A stretch of 64,000 nucleotides of DNA from contig CBDCRP010000003.1 in assembly GCA_965221165.1 (NCBI GenBank), positions 992,001 through 1,056,000 of the forward strand. The letters are read 5' to 3'. Every line of letters starts with the position of its first letter. Position 1 is the first letter of the stretch. The position numbers and the translations under genes are program-made. The stretch comes from a bacterium (GTDB lineage: Bacteria > UBA8248). The notes beneath the pieces were generated by a model, which saw nothing but the letters and a program-made list of their open reading frames with translations, was not told the DNA's origin and ran no database searches. Below, in pieces: positions 49,987 through 59,271 of this stretch.

Positions 49987-50904
49987 CTAAGGGCGAGAAA
50001 ATCCAGCGCCCAGGGCATCGCGCACGGCGTCGGGAATCTCGCGCATATCCTCCACCACGACCGCTCCCGCCTCTTTTAACAGCGCCTTTTTCCGCTTAGG
50101 CGAACCCTCGCCGCGCTCGATGATGGCCGCCGCGTGGCCGAAGCTCACCCCGCTCGGGGCGGACTCAGTAATCATGCCCGCGATGAAGGCGACCACCGGC
50201 TTGGTGAAGCCGCCCTCGCCCACGAGAAGCGCCGCGTCTTCTTCCGCGCACGAGCCCGGCTCACCGAACAGGACGACGCACTCCGTATCGGGATCGTCCT
50301 CGAACAAGGGCATGAGTTCAGAAAAAGGAGCGCCCACCATCGCGTCCCCGCCCACGCTCACGTAGGTGCTCTGGCCGATGCCCTCACGGGTCAAGAGCCA
50401 GCAGGTCTCGCTGCCCATCCCCCCGCTTCTGCTCAGCACGCCCACCGGCCCCCTTTGGAACAGGAGGTTCGTGACGGGCAAATCACCGCCCGTGCCGCCC
50501 ATCTTGGCGCGCCCGGGGCTGATGACGCCCTGGCTGTTGGGGCCCACGAGCCGCACCCCCGCGCGCCGCGCATGGGCGATCATCCGCGCCACGTCGTGCC
50601 GGGGCACGCCCTCTGCGCATACGAGGATCATCGCAACACCCGCCTGCGCCGCCTCTATCGCCGATTCCGCCGCCGCCGCGGCGGGCACGAACAAGACGGC
50701 GGCGTCCGCGGGATGCTCATTCAAGGCGGATGCGAACGAATCATAAACGGGCGCGCCGTCGCAATCCTCGCCCCCGCGTCCCGGCACCACCCCCGCCACC
50801 ACGCGGGCGCCGTACTTGCGCATGAAGCCGGTGTGGACGCGCGCCTGCCAGCCGGTGATTCCCGCCACGACGACGCGCGTGCTCTCATCGAGGAGGATGC
50901 TCAA
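49987..50904 (-). CDS. Succinyl-CoA ligase alpha-like CoA-binding subunit
   Basis: GITG, LVGPNSQG, SRSGG, FGEPG, FGHAAA phospho-His. Confidence 0.9.
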   Translation of the reverse strand: MSILLDESTRVVVAGITGWQARVHTGFMRKYGARVVAGVVPGRGGEDCDGAPVYDSFASALNEHPADAAVLFVPAAAAAESAIEAAQAGVAMILVCAEGVPRHDVARMIAHARRAGVRLVGPNSQGVISPGRAKMGGTGGDLPVTNLLFQRGPVGVLSRSGGMGSETCWLLTREGIGQSTYVSVGGDAMVGAPFSELMPLFEDDPDTECVVLFGEPGSCAEEDAALLVGEGGFTKPVVAFIAGMITESAPSGVSFGHAAAIIERGEGSPKRKKALLKEAGAVVVEDMREIPDAVRDALGAGFSRP

Positions 50905-52148
50905 GGCGTACCTCCCGCGCTCGTCCACGACTCACCGCGTTTGACCGCCTCGACCTGGGAGACGATGCGCTCGGCCGCTTCTTCGAGCGTCACCTCATCG
51001 CCCAGATACTGAAGGCCCGGGCATGTTCGGGCGATCTCCCGCGCCTCCTCCCCTCCCGCTCCCGCGAAGCGCACGATGAAGGGGAATTGGGCGAGGTCGA
51101 CCCTCGTCTCCTTAACGGCGCGGGCGATGGCGCGGACTTTGAGCTGCACGCGAGAGAAACTCGTGATGTTGCTCCCCGCGAGCGCGCCCTTCACGTTCGG
51201 CATCCCGAGAATCTCCTTGGTGATCTCGAAATACTTTTCCTCCAGGGGACCGGGCGTGATGTCGAACGCCGTCGCAGGCTTTCCGCCCAGGCGCTCCATC
51301 GTATCCAGGAGATAAAGACCTCCCCCGCCCCCGCTCCAGAGGAGAGCGATTTCTCCGCCATCGATCTCCGTGAAGCGCGCCGTGTTGAACGGAGGGATTC
51401 CGGCGTCTATCTCCGCCACCCTCGCCTCCAAGGGCGTTGGCGGACGCCAGCCGCCCTCTGATCCCTCATCGAGCAGCGTTTTGAGTTCAGAGTGTCGAAA
51501 CAAGGCGTCCGCATCCAGATCGAGTACGCACGCGGCGGCTATGACTTCATCCTGATCGGTGAGAACGAGTGGGTTGACCTCCAGTACCCGCGCCTCGGTC
51601 CGGCGAAAAAGCGCGTAGCAGGCTTCCAAAGCGAGGGCCGCCCGATACAGGCCCTCTCCGTGCACGCCGCAGGCGCGCAGGAAGGAGATGCACCTCTCCT
51701 CGCTCAGGCCGTCCAGTATATCGACCTCGAGCCGCTTGAGTGCTCCCGGGTTTTCCTCCAGAAGCGTTTCGATCTCCACCCCGCCCTCGGTGCTGAACAT
51801 GACGAGCGGCCCGCGCGACGCGCCCTCGAAGGCGATGGAAAAATACCACTCCTGGGATATCCCTACCCTCTCCTCCACCAGAAGGCGTTTCACCGGGAAA
51901 TGGTGCACCACGCGGCCCAGGAGTTCCCGGGCTGCGCTCTCGGCCTCATCGGGCGTATCCGCAGAGAGGATCGCGCCCGCCTTGCCGCGCTTGCCCACGG
52001 GAACCAGCGCCTTCACCATCACGGGGCCGCCGATTGCGCGCGCAGCTTCCACCGCTTCATCGGGCGTATGCACCGAGCGGCCACGGGGCACGCGCACGCC
52101 CGCATCGCCTAAAAGCGCTTTGGCCTTGTCCTCGAACACGCGGGGCAT
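50901..52148 (-). CDS. Succinyl-CoA ligase beta-like ATP-grasp subunit (divergent)
   Basis: VKALVPVGKRGKAG, STEGGVEIE, LEVNPL, SGGGGG. Confidence 0.88.
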   Translation of the reverse strand: MPRVFEDKAKALLGDAGVRVPRGRSVHTPDEAVEAARAIGGPVMVKALVPVGKRGKAGAILSADTPDEAESAARELLGRVVHHFPVKRLLVEERVGISQEWYFSIAFEGASRGPLVMFSTEGGVEIETLLEENPGALKRLEVDILDGLSEERCISFLRACGVHGEGLYRAALALEACYALFRRTEARVLEVNPLVLTDQDEVIAAACVLDLDADALFRHSELKTLLDEGSEGGWRPPTPLEARVAEIDAGIPPFNTARFTEIDGGEIALLWSGGGGGLYLLDTMERLGGKPATAFDITPGPLEEKYFEITKEILGMPNVKGALAGSNITSFSRVQLKVRAIARAVKETRVDLAQFPFIVRFAGAGGEEAREIARTCPGLQYLGDEVTLEEAAERIVSQVEAVKRGESWTSAGGTP

Positions 52149-52180
52149 ATCTATCGCACCGAAACAGGAAGGGGGGACGT

Positions 52181-52978
52181 TTACAGGATGGCCACGGGGC
52201 GGACGGGCGAGCCCGTGCCGCCGCGTATCTTGAGCGGCATGCAGACGAAGAGAAATTCATGCGCCCGGGCCCGGCTCAACTCCTCGAGCACGGCCACTTC
52301 GAGCAGGTGGATTCCGTTGTCCACCAGCATGTGGCAGTGCACGGGCATCGTGGGAGCGGGCAGCACCTCGACCGCGAAGTTATCGCTCCCGACCATGAAG
52401 ATGCTCTTCTCCGAGAGCCACTGCGCGGCGCTTAAGTCGATTCCGGGCATGCCGCCTTTTTGGAAATAATAATCCCGGCCCGGCCAGTGGCGCATGTGGC
52501 CGGTGCGCACCAGGACGACGTCGTCCTCCTCCACCCTCACCCCCTGGGCGGCGGCGGCCGCTTCCAGTTCTTCCTTCGTGATGGGGCGGCCCGCTTCGAG
52601 CACGTCTTTTTTGAAGTGCGCCGCCATGTCGATCATCACGCCGCGCCTCACCACGGGCGCCACGCTCTCGATGCCGTGGGCTTTTAAGCCCTCGGTCTTG
52701 CTTTGAAACTCGACGGCGTCCAGGCCGCCGTGGAGCTTCATGTCCCGTGAGACGTGGCCGAGCGCGTCGATGTGCGTACCCGTGTGGCCGGTGCAGAAAA
52801 TCGCCTCCACCGCCGAGCACGCACCGCCTGAATACATGAAATCGCCGTGTTCCCTGATCATCGAGTACCCGAACGGGCCGTGGAGCGGCACGTGCGGCAT
52901 TCCGGGGAAAAGCTCGACGCCCAAATCGAACACTTTACTGCCGCGCGCGATGGCGCGTACGTCTTCTATGTTCATCAT
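52181..52978 (-). CDS. Cyclase-family (kynurenine formamidase-like) protein
   Basis: HTGTHIDALGH, VRTG, GSDN, PLKIRGGTGSPVRPVA. Confidence 0.9.
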   Translation of the reverse strand: MMNIEDVRAIARGSKVFDLGVELFPGMPHVPLHGPFGYSMIREHGDFMYSGGACSAVEAIFCTGHTGTHIDALGHVSRDMKLHGGLDAVEFQSKTEGLKAHGIESVAPVVRRGVMIDMAAHFKKDVLEAGRPITKEELEAAAAAQGVRVEEDDVVLVRTGHMRHWPGRDYYFQKGGMPGIDLSAAQWLSEKSIFMVGSDNFAVEVLPAPTMPVHCHMLVDNGIHLLEVAVLEELSRARAHEFLFVCMPLKIRGGTGSPVRPVAIL

Positions 52979-53077
52979 AACCTCAATCAAGAGTTCATGA
53001 GCAGGCAGGCCGATGGGCCGAGCCAAATGCAAAACCACAGATCAAGCCGACGATGTGGCCGGTAATCCGGAAACACA

Positions 53078-53677
53078 TCAAGATGAGCATCTATTCACTA
53101 AATTTCCCCTCAAACCATACGTTCTTAAAATTTTCGTTCCAATTTTTTCAGTTTTTTCGCTTGTGGAAATTTTCCAGCCAACACATTCCGTCGGGATGGG
53201 ATTTCGGGAAAGGAATGCGCTGCATTGGGCTTCGGCCTTGAACAAGGGATATCTTGAATCACGAAATCTTCGATATTTCTTTTTCGATAATTCATTATAC
53301 AGGTCATTCAAGCAACGGACGCGTTTCAGCGCTTCTTGACGGTCTAATTTTAGTGGAACAGGTTTTGGGGCCTTTGATCTGCCGAGGTTGCTAAAAAATT
53401 TGTCCAAGTCCATCCCAAGCCGATGATTCCAGCTTTCCGCCTTCAGCCTCTGCTCAGGGTCGGTATAATAATCGATAACCGCGGCCACTTTCGCGTCTTC
53501 GTCATATGCTCCCCATGCTATCACCGATGCCCGCATCAAGACTCCCGGAGATTTTCGGTATTCCTGCTTGGTGAACCGCAGATGCTGATGTCTGTGTCGA
53601 TCCATTATGTTATTAACCGCTCCACATGCCGAAAGAGTGAACATACATGTGGCTGCGAGCGCTAGAATTTTTAGCAT
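53078..53677 (-). CDS. Hypothetical lipoprotein
   Basis: Lipobox LSAC after a hydrophobic stretch; lower GC than the flanks. Confidence 0.6.
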   Translation of the reverse strand: MLKILALAATCMFTLSACGAVNNIMDRHRHQHLRFTKQEYRKSPGVLMRASVIAWGAYDEDAKVAAVIDYYTDPEQRLKAESWNHRLGMDLDKFFSNLGRSKAPKPVPLKLDRQEALKRVRCLNDLYNELSKKKYRRFRDSRYPLFKAEAQCSAFLSRNPIPTECVGWKISTSEKTEKIGTKILRTYGLRGNLVNRCSS

Positions 53678-53848
53678 TGGGAATTCCCCCATGGTGGTTG
53701 TGTCGCAGAAGTAATGAAATTTCAACACCCACGGACCGATGGTCCGGAACGTATTCTGCCATCATAGCTTTGCGTCTCCCCATCGGGCAAGGTAAACAAG
53801 GATGGTGCTGAAAACGCGTTTCATCAATACCCTCTGGAGCGGCGGCGC

Positions 53849-54271
53849 ATGAATTATTGGGCGTACGTTCATCCGGCTTTTCAGATTGCGACGCTCTCGC
53901 TGGGCCTCGTCGTTCTGGCGAACGGCTTGCGCGTGAGGCGCTCCCGCAAGGGAGGAGCCGGACCCGAAACGGCGCGCATCGCCCGCTTTCACATGCGGCT
54001 CGGGCGGTGGTTTATCGCTTTTTTCTCCACAGGCTACGCGCTTGGCCTCGGCGGGATGCGCTTCGCCCTGGAAGGGCCCCTCTACGAGACGGCGCACAGC
54101 TATTTCGCCACCCTGGCCCTGGGCCTGTTCTGGACGACGGCTTATCTGGGCCGAAGGCTGAGAAGAAATTTGAAAAACGACGACGTAAGGCAGATTCACT
54201 CCTATTGCGGCTTTCTGGCCGTTTTCATCGCCTTGTTCGTCGCTTTTCTGGGGATGCGGCTGCTCCCCTAG
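53849..54271 (+). CDS. 4-TM membrane protein (DUF4079/cytochrome b561-like)
   Basis: Four TM helices, each preceded by His (VHP, FHM, AHS, IHS). Confidence 0.7.
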   Translation: MNYWAYVHPAFQIATLSLGLVVLANGLRVRRSRKGGAGPETARIARFHMRLGRWFIAFFSTGYALGLGGMRFALEGPLYETAHSYFATLALGLFWTTAYLGRRLRRNLKNDDVRQIHSYCGFLAVFIALFVAFLGMRLLP

Positions 54272-54510
54272 TCCACGGATTCTGATACAACGCCTTTGAA
54301 GCCGCCGCTTCAAGAGGCAGGGAAATTCTCCATGGCCTTATTCCCGTTTTCATTGTTGTCTTCATCTCCCATGAATATCACGGGCGGCAATCAGACATTT
54401 TGCCCGGCGCAAACCTTTCGTGTATCCTCCAGTCAATCAGCACTCAAAATTGAAAAAATGCCGTCTACCGAAAATTCGCATCGAAGCTATCCCTCAAGGG
54501 AGGAAGAACT

Positions 54511-55410
54511 ATGCTGAGAAAATCGAGGTTCATCCTGTTCGCCGCGTTCCTGATCGCCTCGGTTTGGGCGGCCCTTCCATCCGAGGCGGCGAACCCGTGC
54601 GCGAAGAACCCTTGCGCGAAGACGGCGAAGAATCCCTGTGCGAAAAATCCTTGCGGGGCCAACCCGTGCGCGGCAAAAAACCCTTGCGCAGGAAACCCAT
54701 GCGCGAAGACGGCGAAAAATCCCTGTGCGGCCAAGAATCCTTGCGCGAAAAACCCTTGCGCCAAGAACCCCTGTGCGAAAAACCCCTGTGGGGGGAACCC
54801 TTGCGCGAAGGCGGCGAAAAACCCCTGTGGCGGAAATCCGTGCGCGAAAAATCCCTGTGCGGCGAATCCGTGCGGCGGCAACCCGTGTAATCCCTGTGCG
54901 GGCGGCGCGGCCCGGGCGAGGAGCGAGGCCGTCATGCTCGTCGGCCGGGTCACCGGCTACAGCAAGGGCTACCTCGGCGTGCGCACCTCCGCCGGTAAAA
55001 ACGTGAGCGTCCACGTGGTGAAAACCACGCTGGCGCACCGGGGGCCAAAAGCGATCAGCGCAGCCTCCATCAGGGCCGGAACCCGGGTGAACATCTCCAC
55101 CCAGGCCAGGGGCGGCTACTACAAGGCGAACTTCATCTACGCGCTCGCAGGCGGCGGGGGCAATCCTTGCGGGGGCAACCCGTGTGGCGGAAATCCCTGC
55201 GCGAAAGCTGCGAAAAATCCCTGTGGAGCAAACCCATGCGCGGCCAAAAACCCGTGTGGCGGGAATCCTTGCGCGAAGACCGCCAAGAATCCTTGCGGGG
55301 GAAACCCATGCGCGGCCAAAAACCCGTGTGGGGGTAATCCTTGCGCCAAGAAAAACCCGTGCGGTGGAAATCCCTGCGCAGCCAAGAACCCCTGCGCGGC
55401 GAAGCGCTAA
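54511..55410 (+). CDS. Exported Asn-Pro-Cys repeat protein with central small beta (OB-fold/DUF5666-like) domain
   Basis: GGAGG RBS, signal peptide, 19 NPC repeats + ~80-aa domain + 14 NPC repeats. Confidence 0.85.
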   Translation: MLRKSRFILFAAFLIASVWAALPSEAANPCAKNPCAKTAKNPCAKNPCGANPCAAKNPCAGNPCAKTAKNPCAAKNPCAKNPCAKNPCAKNPCGGNPCAKAAKNPCGGNPCAKNPCAANPCGGNPCNPCAGGAARARSEAVMLVGRVTGYSKGYLGVRTSAGKNVSVHVVKTTLAHRGPKAISAASIRAGTRVNISTQARGGYYKANFIYALAGGGGNPCGGNPCGGNPCAKAAKNPCGANPCAAKNPCGGNPCAKTAKNPCGGNPCAAKNPCGGNPCAKKNPCGGNPCAAKNPCAAKR

Positions 55411-55488
55411 CAACGCCTCCCCGCGCAAGACGGAAAGGAGTTTGATTTTTATTGAGGTTGGAATTTTCCATATCCCAGCAAGGAGAAA

Positions 55489-56346
55489 ATGATGAAGACA
55501 GCTAAGTGGGGCATCATTCTCGCCGTGGCCTTAGGCCTCATGATTCCAGCGGCCGCTCAGGCGGCGGAAAAGAAGGCCACCATCACGCCGCCGCCCTTTT
55601 TCTTCACCCAGCAACGCGACGCCAGCGTGAAGGACTCCGTCGCCCGGGGCAAGAAAGTCTTCAGAGACATAGGCTGCGTGGGCTGTCACCCCCGTGGCCG
55701 CACCGTCGGCGGCACCGCGGTGGACATCATGGGCTTCAGGAACCCGGTTCCCATTCCCACCCTCAAGGGAGCGGCGGATCACTTCCCGCGCCTAAGTCCG
55801 GCGAGCCAGGTGGTGAGCGTCGGGCAGTTCAACGACCTTTGCTCCACGACGTTCATCGGCAATCCGCCCATGGACCCCTATTCCCAAAAGTACAAGGATT
55901 TGGAATCCTACGTGGTTTCACTCTCGCGCGCGCGATACAAGCGCATGCTCGACTGGGAGGCGAAGCGCAAGGCGTTCATGAAGACGGTGCAGCCCGCGGC
56001 CGGAGGCGGAAACCCATGCGGAGCCAACCCCTGCGCGCCGAAGAATCCCTGCGGAGGTAATCCTTGCGCCAAGAATCCATGCGCGGCCAAGAACCCATGT
56101 GCAGCGAAGAACCCATGTGCAGCGAAGAATCCCTGCGCTAAAAATCCGTGTGCCAGCAACCCGTGTGCGGCCAAAAACCCGTGTGCGGCGAAAAATCCTT
56201 GCGCGGCGAAGAATCCATGCGCAGCCAAGAATCCTTGTGCCGCCAAGAACCCCTGTGCCGCCAAAAACCCCTGCGCGAAAAACCCTTGCGCCAAAAACCC
56301 GTGTGCGGCCAAGAACCCATGCGCGAAGAATCCATGCAAAAAATAA
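55489..56346 (+). CDS. Exported c-type cytochrome (SoxA/TsdA-like domain) with C-terminal NPC repeat tail
   Basis: AGGAG RBS, signal peptide ending AQA, CVGCH, 20 NPC repeats. Confidence 0.88.
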   Translation: MMKTAKWGIILAVALGLMIPAAAQAAEKKATITPPPFFFTQQRDASVKDSVARGKKVFRDIGCVGCHPRGRTVGGTAVDIMGFRNPVPIPTLKGAADHFPRLSPASQVVSVGQFNDLCSTTFIGNPPMDPYSQKYKDLESYVVSLSRARYKRMLDWEAKRKAFMKTVQPAAGGGNPCGANPCAPKNPCGGNPCAKNPCAAKNPCAAKNPCAAKNPCAKNPCASNPCAAKNPCAAKNPCAAKNPCAAKNPCAAKNPCAAKNPCAKNPCAKNPCAAKNPCAKNPCKK

Positions 56347-56480
56347 TGGGGGCTTAGCCGACATAATCGGATGAGCATCCGGCGCGCTCGCGTTCAGGAC
56401 GCGCTTCCTCCCATCGAGGGGGGAGGCGGCCTGCGCGCCTGCGTCCTGCACCGCCCAACCCGACGAAAGAGGACGGGAGT

Positions 56481-57281
56481 ATGAAAGTTCTGAAGATAAT
56501 GGGTTTATGGATCATCCTGGCTCTCGCGTGGAGCCTCATCGCGCCCGCCGCCTCCCTTGCCGCCAAGAGAATACCCCCCAAGCCGGAGACGGCGAAGCAA
56601 AACGGCGCAGACTACTGGCTGGGCAAGGAAATCTATGAGGAAATCTGCTTCTCCTGCCACGGCAGCAAGGGCGACGGGAAGGGCCCTAGCTGGCGAAGTT
56701 CCAGGCCCAGGCCGCAGGTATTCATCAGCTCCTACATGAAGCGCATGACGGATGATTACATCTTCACCATCGTGAAGTTCGGCAAGATGAACGTCTTGAA
56801 AAACCAGACGAAGGGTCACAAGATAAAAAACGGCGTCCCCACCGCCATGCCCTCGTTCGGAGAGGTTCTCGAAGACGATCAGATTCGAAAGCTCATCAAA
56901 TGGGAGCGCGGCTTCACGAGCGGAAAACAGCCCAAGGATGAGGAGAGCAAGGAAATCTTCATCGACGCCTGCTCCCAGTGCCACGGCAAAAAGGGCCAGG
57001 GCAACGGAACCCGTCCCGTGGAGGATCAGGACTCCGAAAAGCCGTTCATCAGCCATATCCAGCCGCCGCCGATGAACTATCACCTAAAAGAGCAGATGGC
57101 GCGCTTCGACGACGAGTTCCTCTTCTGGCTCATCAAGCTCGGCCGCATCGACGTCACCGAGATGAAAAAGTTCGACTTCATGAAAGCCTACGGCCACGTG
57201 CTGAGCGATGAGGAAATCTGGGCGGTCGTCCAGTACGTTCGCGAAACGTTCATCAACGGGAAGCCGCGAAAGAAAAAATAG
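56481..57281 (+). CDS. Exported diheme class I cytochrome c
   Basis: CFSCH and CSQCH; distal Met motifs AMPSF and FMKAYG..LSDEEIWAVVQYVR. Confidence 0.9.
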   Translation: MKVLKIMGLWIILALAWSLIAPAASLAAKRIPPKPETAKQNGADYWLGKEIYEEICFSCHGSKGDGKGPSWRSSRPRPQVFISSYMKRMTDDYIFTIVKFGKMNVLKNQTKGHKIKNGVPTAMPSFGEVLEDDQIRKLIKWERGFTSGKQPKDEESKEIFIDACSQCHGKKGQGNGTRPVEDQDSEKPFISHIQPPPMNYHLKEQMARFDDEFLFWLIKLGRIDVTEMKKFDFMKAYGHVLSDEEIWAVVQYVRETFINGKPRKKK

Positions 57282-57517
57282 GCGAACGCCGCGCGCCTGC
57301 GCAGCATGAATTACACGGCGACGGCCTCCCTCAACCCTATCCCCTGTTCCGCGTGACGCCCGGAGAGGTCGCCGACCGGGAGCGGGCATAGGCCCCTTTG
57401 CGGGGCGAGACGAGCCGAGCGGTTTGTGAGAAAATATACGTGTCGCCCGAAACTTTAGTGCACCGGGGAGTTCAAGGCCTGTGATTTGAACGTCGACCCC
57501 GGCGAAGGAGCCTTATC

Positions 57518-57753
57518 ATGCGTTTGAACGTCGAAGCATCGCGAGACGAGGTAACCGCCTTTTGCGAGCGCTGGCAGGTTACGCAACTCGCCATCTTCGG
57601 CTCGGCGCTCAGGGAGGACTTCGGGCCCGAGAGCGACGTCGACCTCCTCGTCAGCTTCGAGGAAAGCGCGCGCCATACGCTGTTCGACATGGTCCGGATG
57701 GAGAATGAATTAAAGGCGATATTCGGGCGCGAGGTCGATCTCGTCAGCCGACG
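57518..57753 (+). pseudogene. Minimal nucleotidyltransferase (MntA-like antitoxin), 3'-truncated
   Basis: FGSALREDFGPESDVDLLV...FGREVDLVSRR, then reads into unrelated antisense sequence to 57943. Confidence 0.75.
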
Positions 57754-57852
57754 AACGCCCGAGCGAATCAGGCCCTGGGTTTCCTCATCGTCGGCCGGCT
57801 CGGTCTTCAGGCGCCCGACTCGCACAAGATTATCGAGTTGCGGATGCGTCAT
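57745..57852 (-). pseudogene. N-terminal fragment of the partner (putative HEPN-like toxin) of the HTH-nucleotidyltransferase
   Basis: MTHPQLDNLVRVGRLKTEPADDEETQGLIRSG, GGAG RBS, overlaps the upstream gene; cut after ~36 aa. Confidence 0.6.
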
Positions 57853-58426
57853 CTTCTCCTCCGATGAGCATCACATGGTCACCAGCGAGTACGCTCTTCA
57901 GGAAAGTGTTTCCGGCGGCGCGCCGTTCCTTGAACTCCTTTGACGTATAAAGCATGGGACTGATCCTGCGGTCGAGCCTCGTCTCCACTGGTGAGAGCAC
58001 GGCGTAGACTTCCTCCAGCGTCACGCCGTCGGCGACGACGAGCAAGTCGATGTCGCTAGCCGCCGTATCGCTCCCTTTCGCGATCGATCCGTAGACCAGG
58101 GCGAAGTCGATACGTTCGGTGAGCGGCTCCAACGCCTCCCGAATCGGCTCCACCACGGCAACCGTCTTGCATACGATGCCGCTCAGTTCCTCGAACACCG
58201 GACAATCCGGGTTGGCCTGATAATGTTTCTGCCTCCCGATAGAAGTGACGGTCACCAGCCCGCTGGATGTGAAGCGCTTGAGTTCACGCTGCACCGCCCC
58301 GGAGCCGGAACCCGTCAGCCCAATCAACTCACTGGCGAAGAAGCTCCGACCGGGCTGACCGAAAAGCAGCGCCAGCAGACGTTGCTGAGTGGTGGTGAAA
58401 AGCGCATCTGCAAGACTGGTGGGCAT
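57830..58426 (-). CDS. wHTH + nucleotidyltransferase protein (antitoxin/regulator-like)
   Basis: LADALF..TQQRLLALLFGQP, GAVQREL, VYGSIAKGSDTAASDIDLLVV. Start may be 58492. Confidence 0.85.
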   Translation of the reverse strand: MPTSLADALFTTTQQRLLALLFGQPGRSFFASELIGLTGSGSGAVQRELKRFTSSGLVTVTSIGRQKHYQANPDCPVFEELSGIVCKTVAVVEPIREALEPLTERIDFALVYGSIAKGSDTAASDIDLLVVADGVTLEEVYAVLSPVETRLDRRISPMLYTSKEFKERRAAGNTFLKSVLAGDHVMLIGGEDDASATR

Positions 58427-58485
58427 AGCGGCTCTCTCGGAAGCCTTGCGGCGGGTCGGGCGAGAAACTCGTGTTGGCGTCAGGT

Positions 58486-58520
58486 TACCCATAATGGGTA
58501 TTATTATGCCCGATATGGGC
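58486..58520. promoter_or_regulatory. Tandem palindromic operators
   Basis: TACCCATAATGGGTA and TGCCCGATATGGGCA, 20 bp apart. Confidence 0.65.
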
Positions 58521-58683
58521 AAAAAGTAAATGGGGATTCCGGTTTCCGTCCACGCCTTGTCCGAGCTGCCCTGATCTTTCGCTGCGCAAGAATCTTTGGA
58601 TAGCCCCCTCCCCTTGCCGGGTCGCCTCCCCTCTGCTAGTTTCTGGGGAAAATCCATCCATTCTTTTCAGGAGGACGTACACG

Positions 58684-59205
58684 ATGGCGGAATTCACCGT
58701 AGCCAATTTCAGGGACGTGTCCGGGGGTCTGCAAGAGGGTCAATTCGCAGTCGGCGAGAGGAAGAAGGCGAGCGGTCTGGCCGATCTCGACCCCATCTAC
58801 AAAGATTTGCTGGATAAACCGATCACGGTCACGCTGGGCCTCATCGGCCCCGACGGGCGGGTGAACATGACGCCCATGTGGTTCGACTACGAGGGCGACA
58901 CGATTCTGGTGAACACGGCCTCGCACCGGGCGAAATGCGGATGGATACGAAACAATCCGCAACTGACGATTCTTCTCGTGAACCCCGAGAACCCCTACCA
59001 CTGGATGAGCATCAAGTGCACGGTGGTGAACGAGATACGAGAGGAGGAGCCGGGCGGCGAGAAGGCGACCGAGCAACTCGACCGCATCTGGACGAAATAT
59101 ACCGGCGCGGACCCGCCCTATGCGCTCAGGGACCCGGTAATCGATGAGAAGCGCGTGCTGTTCGAATGCCGTGTGGACAGGGTGGCCACGTTCGGACAAC
59201 CGTAA
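58684..59205 (+). CDS. Pyridoxamine 5'-phosphate oxidase-like (PPOX/F420-type) protein
   Basis: GPDGRVNMTPMWFD, VNTASHRAK, NPENPYHW; AGGAGG RBS. Confidence 0.85.
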   Translation: MAEFTVANFRDVSGGLQEGQFAVGERKKASGLADLDPIYKDLLDKPITVTLGLIGPDGRVNMTPMWFDYEGDTILVNTASHRAKCGWIRNNPQLTILLVNPENPYHWMSIKCTVVNEIREEEPGGEKATEQLDRIWTKYTGADPPYALRDPVIDEKRVLFECRVDRVATFGQP

Positions 59206-59271
59206 TAATAAGGACGGGCAAGGCGGGCACGCTACTTTCGTATAGTCCGGCGAGGGTGGCGGTGTTCGCGT

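Noticed and set aside
54590-56340. NPC region as a DNA repeat array; antisense AQGFF/AHGF ORFs as genes
   Set aside because: Variation is at synonymous positions of the + frame, which has RBSs and signal peptides. The antisense ORFs are shadows.
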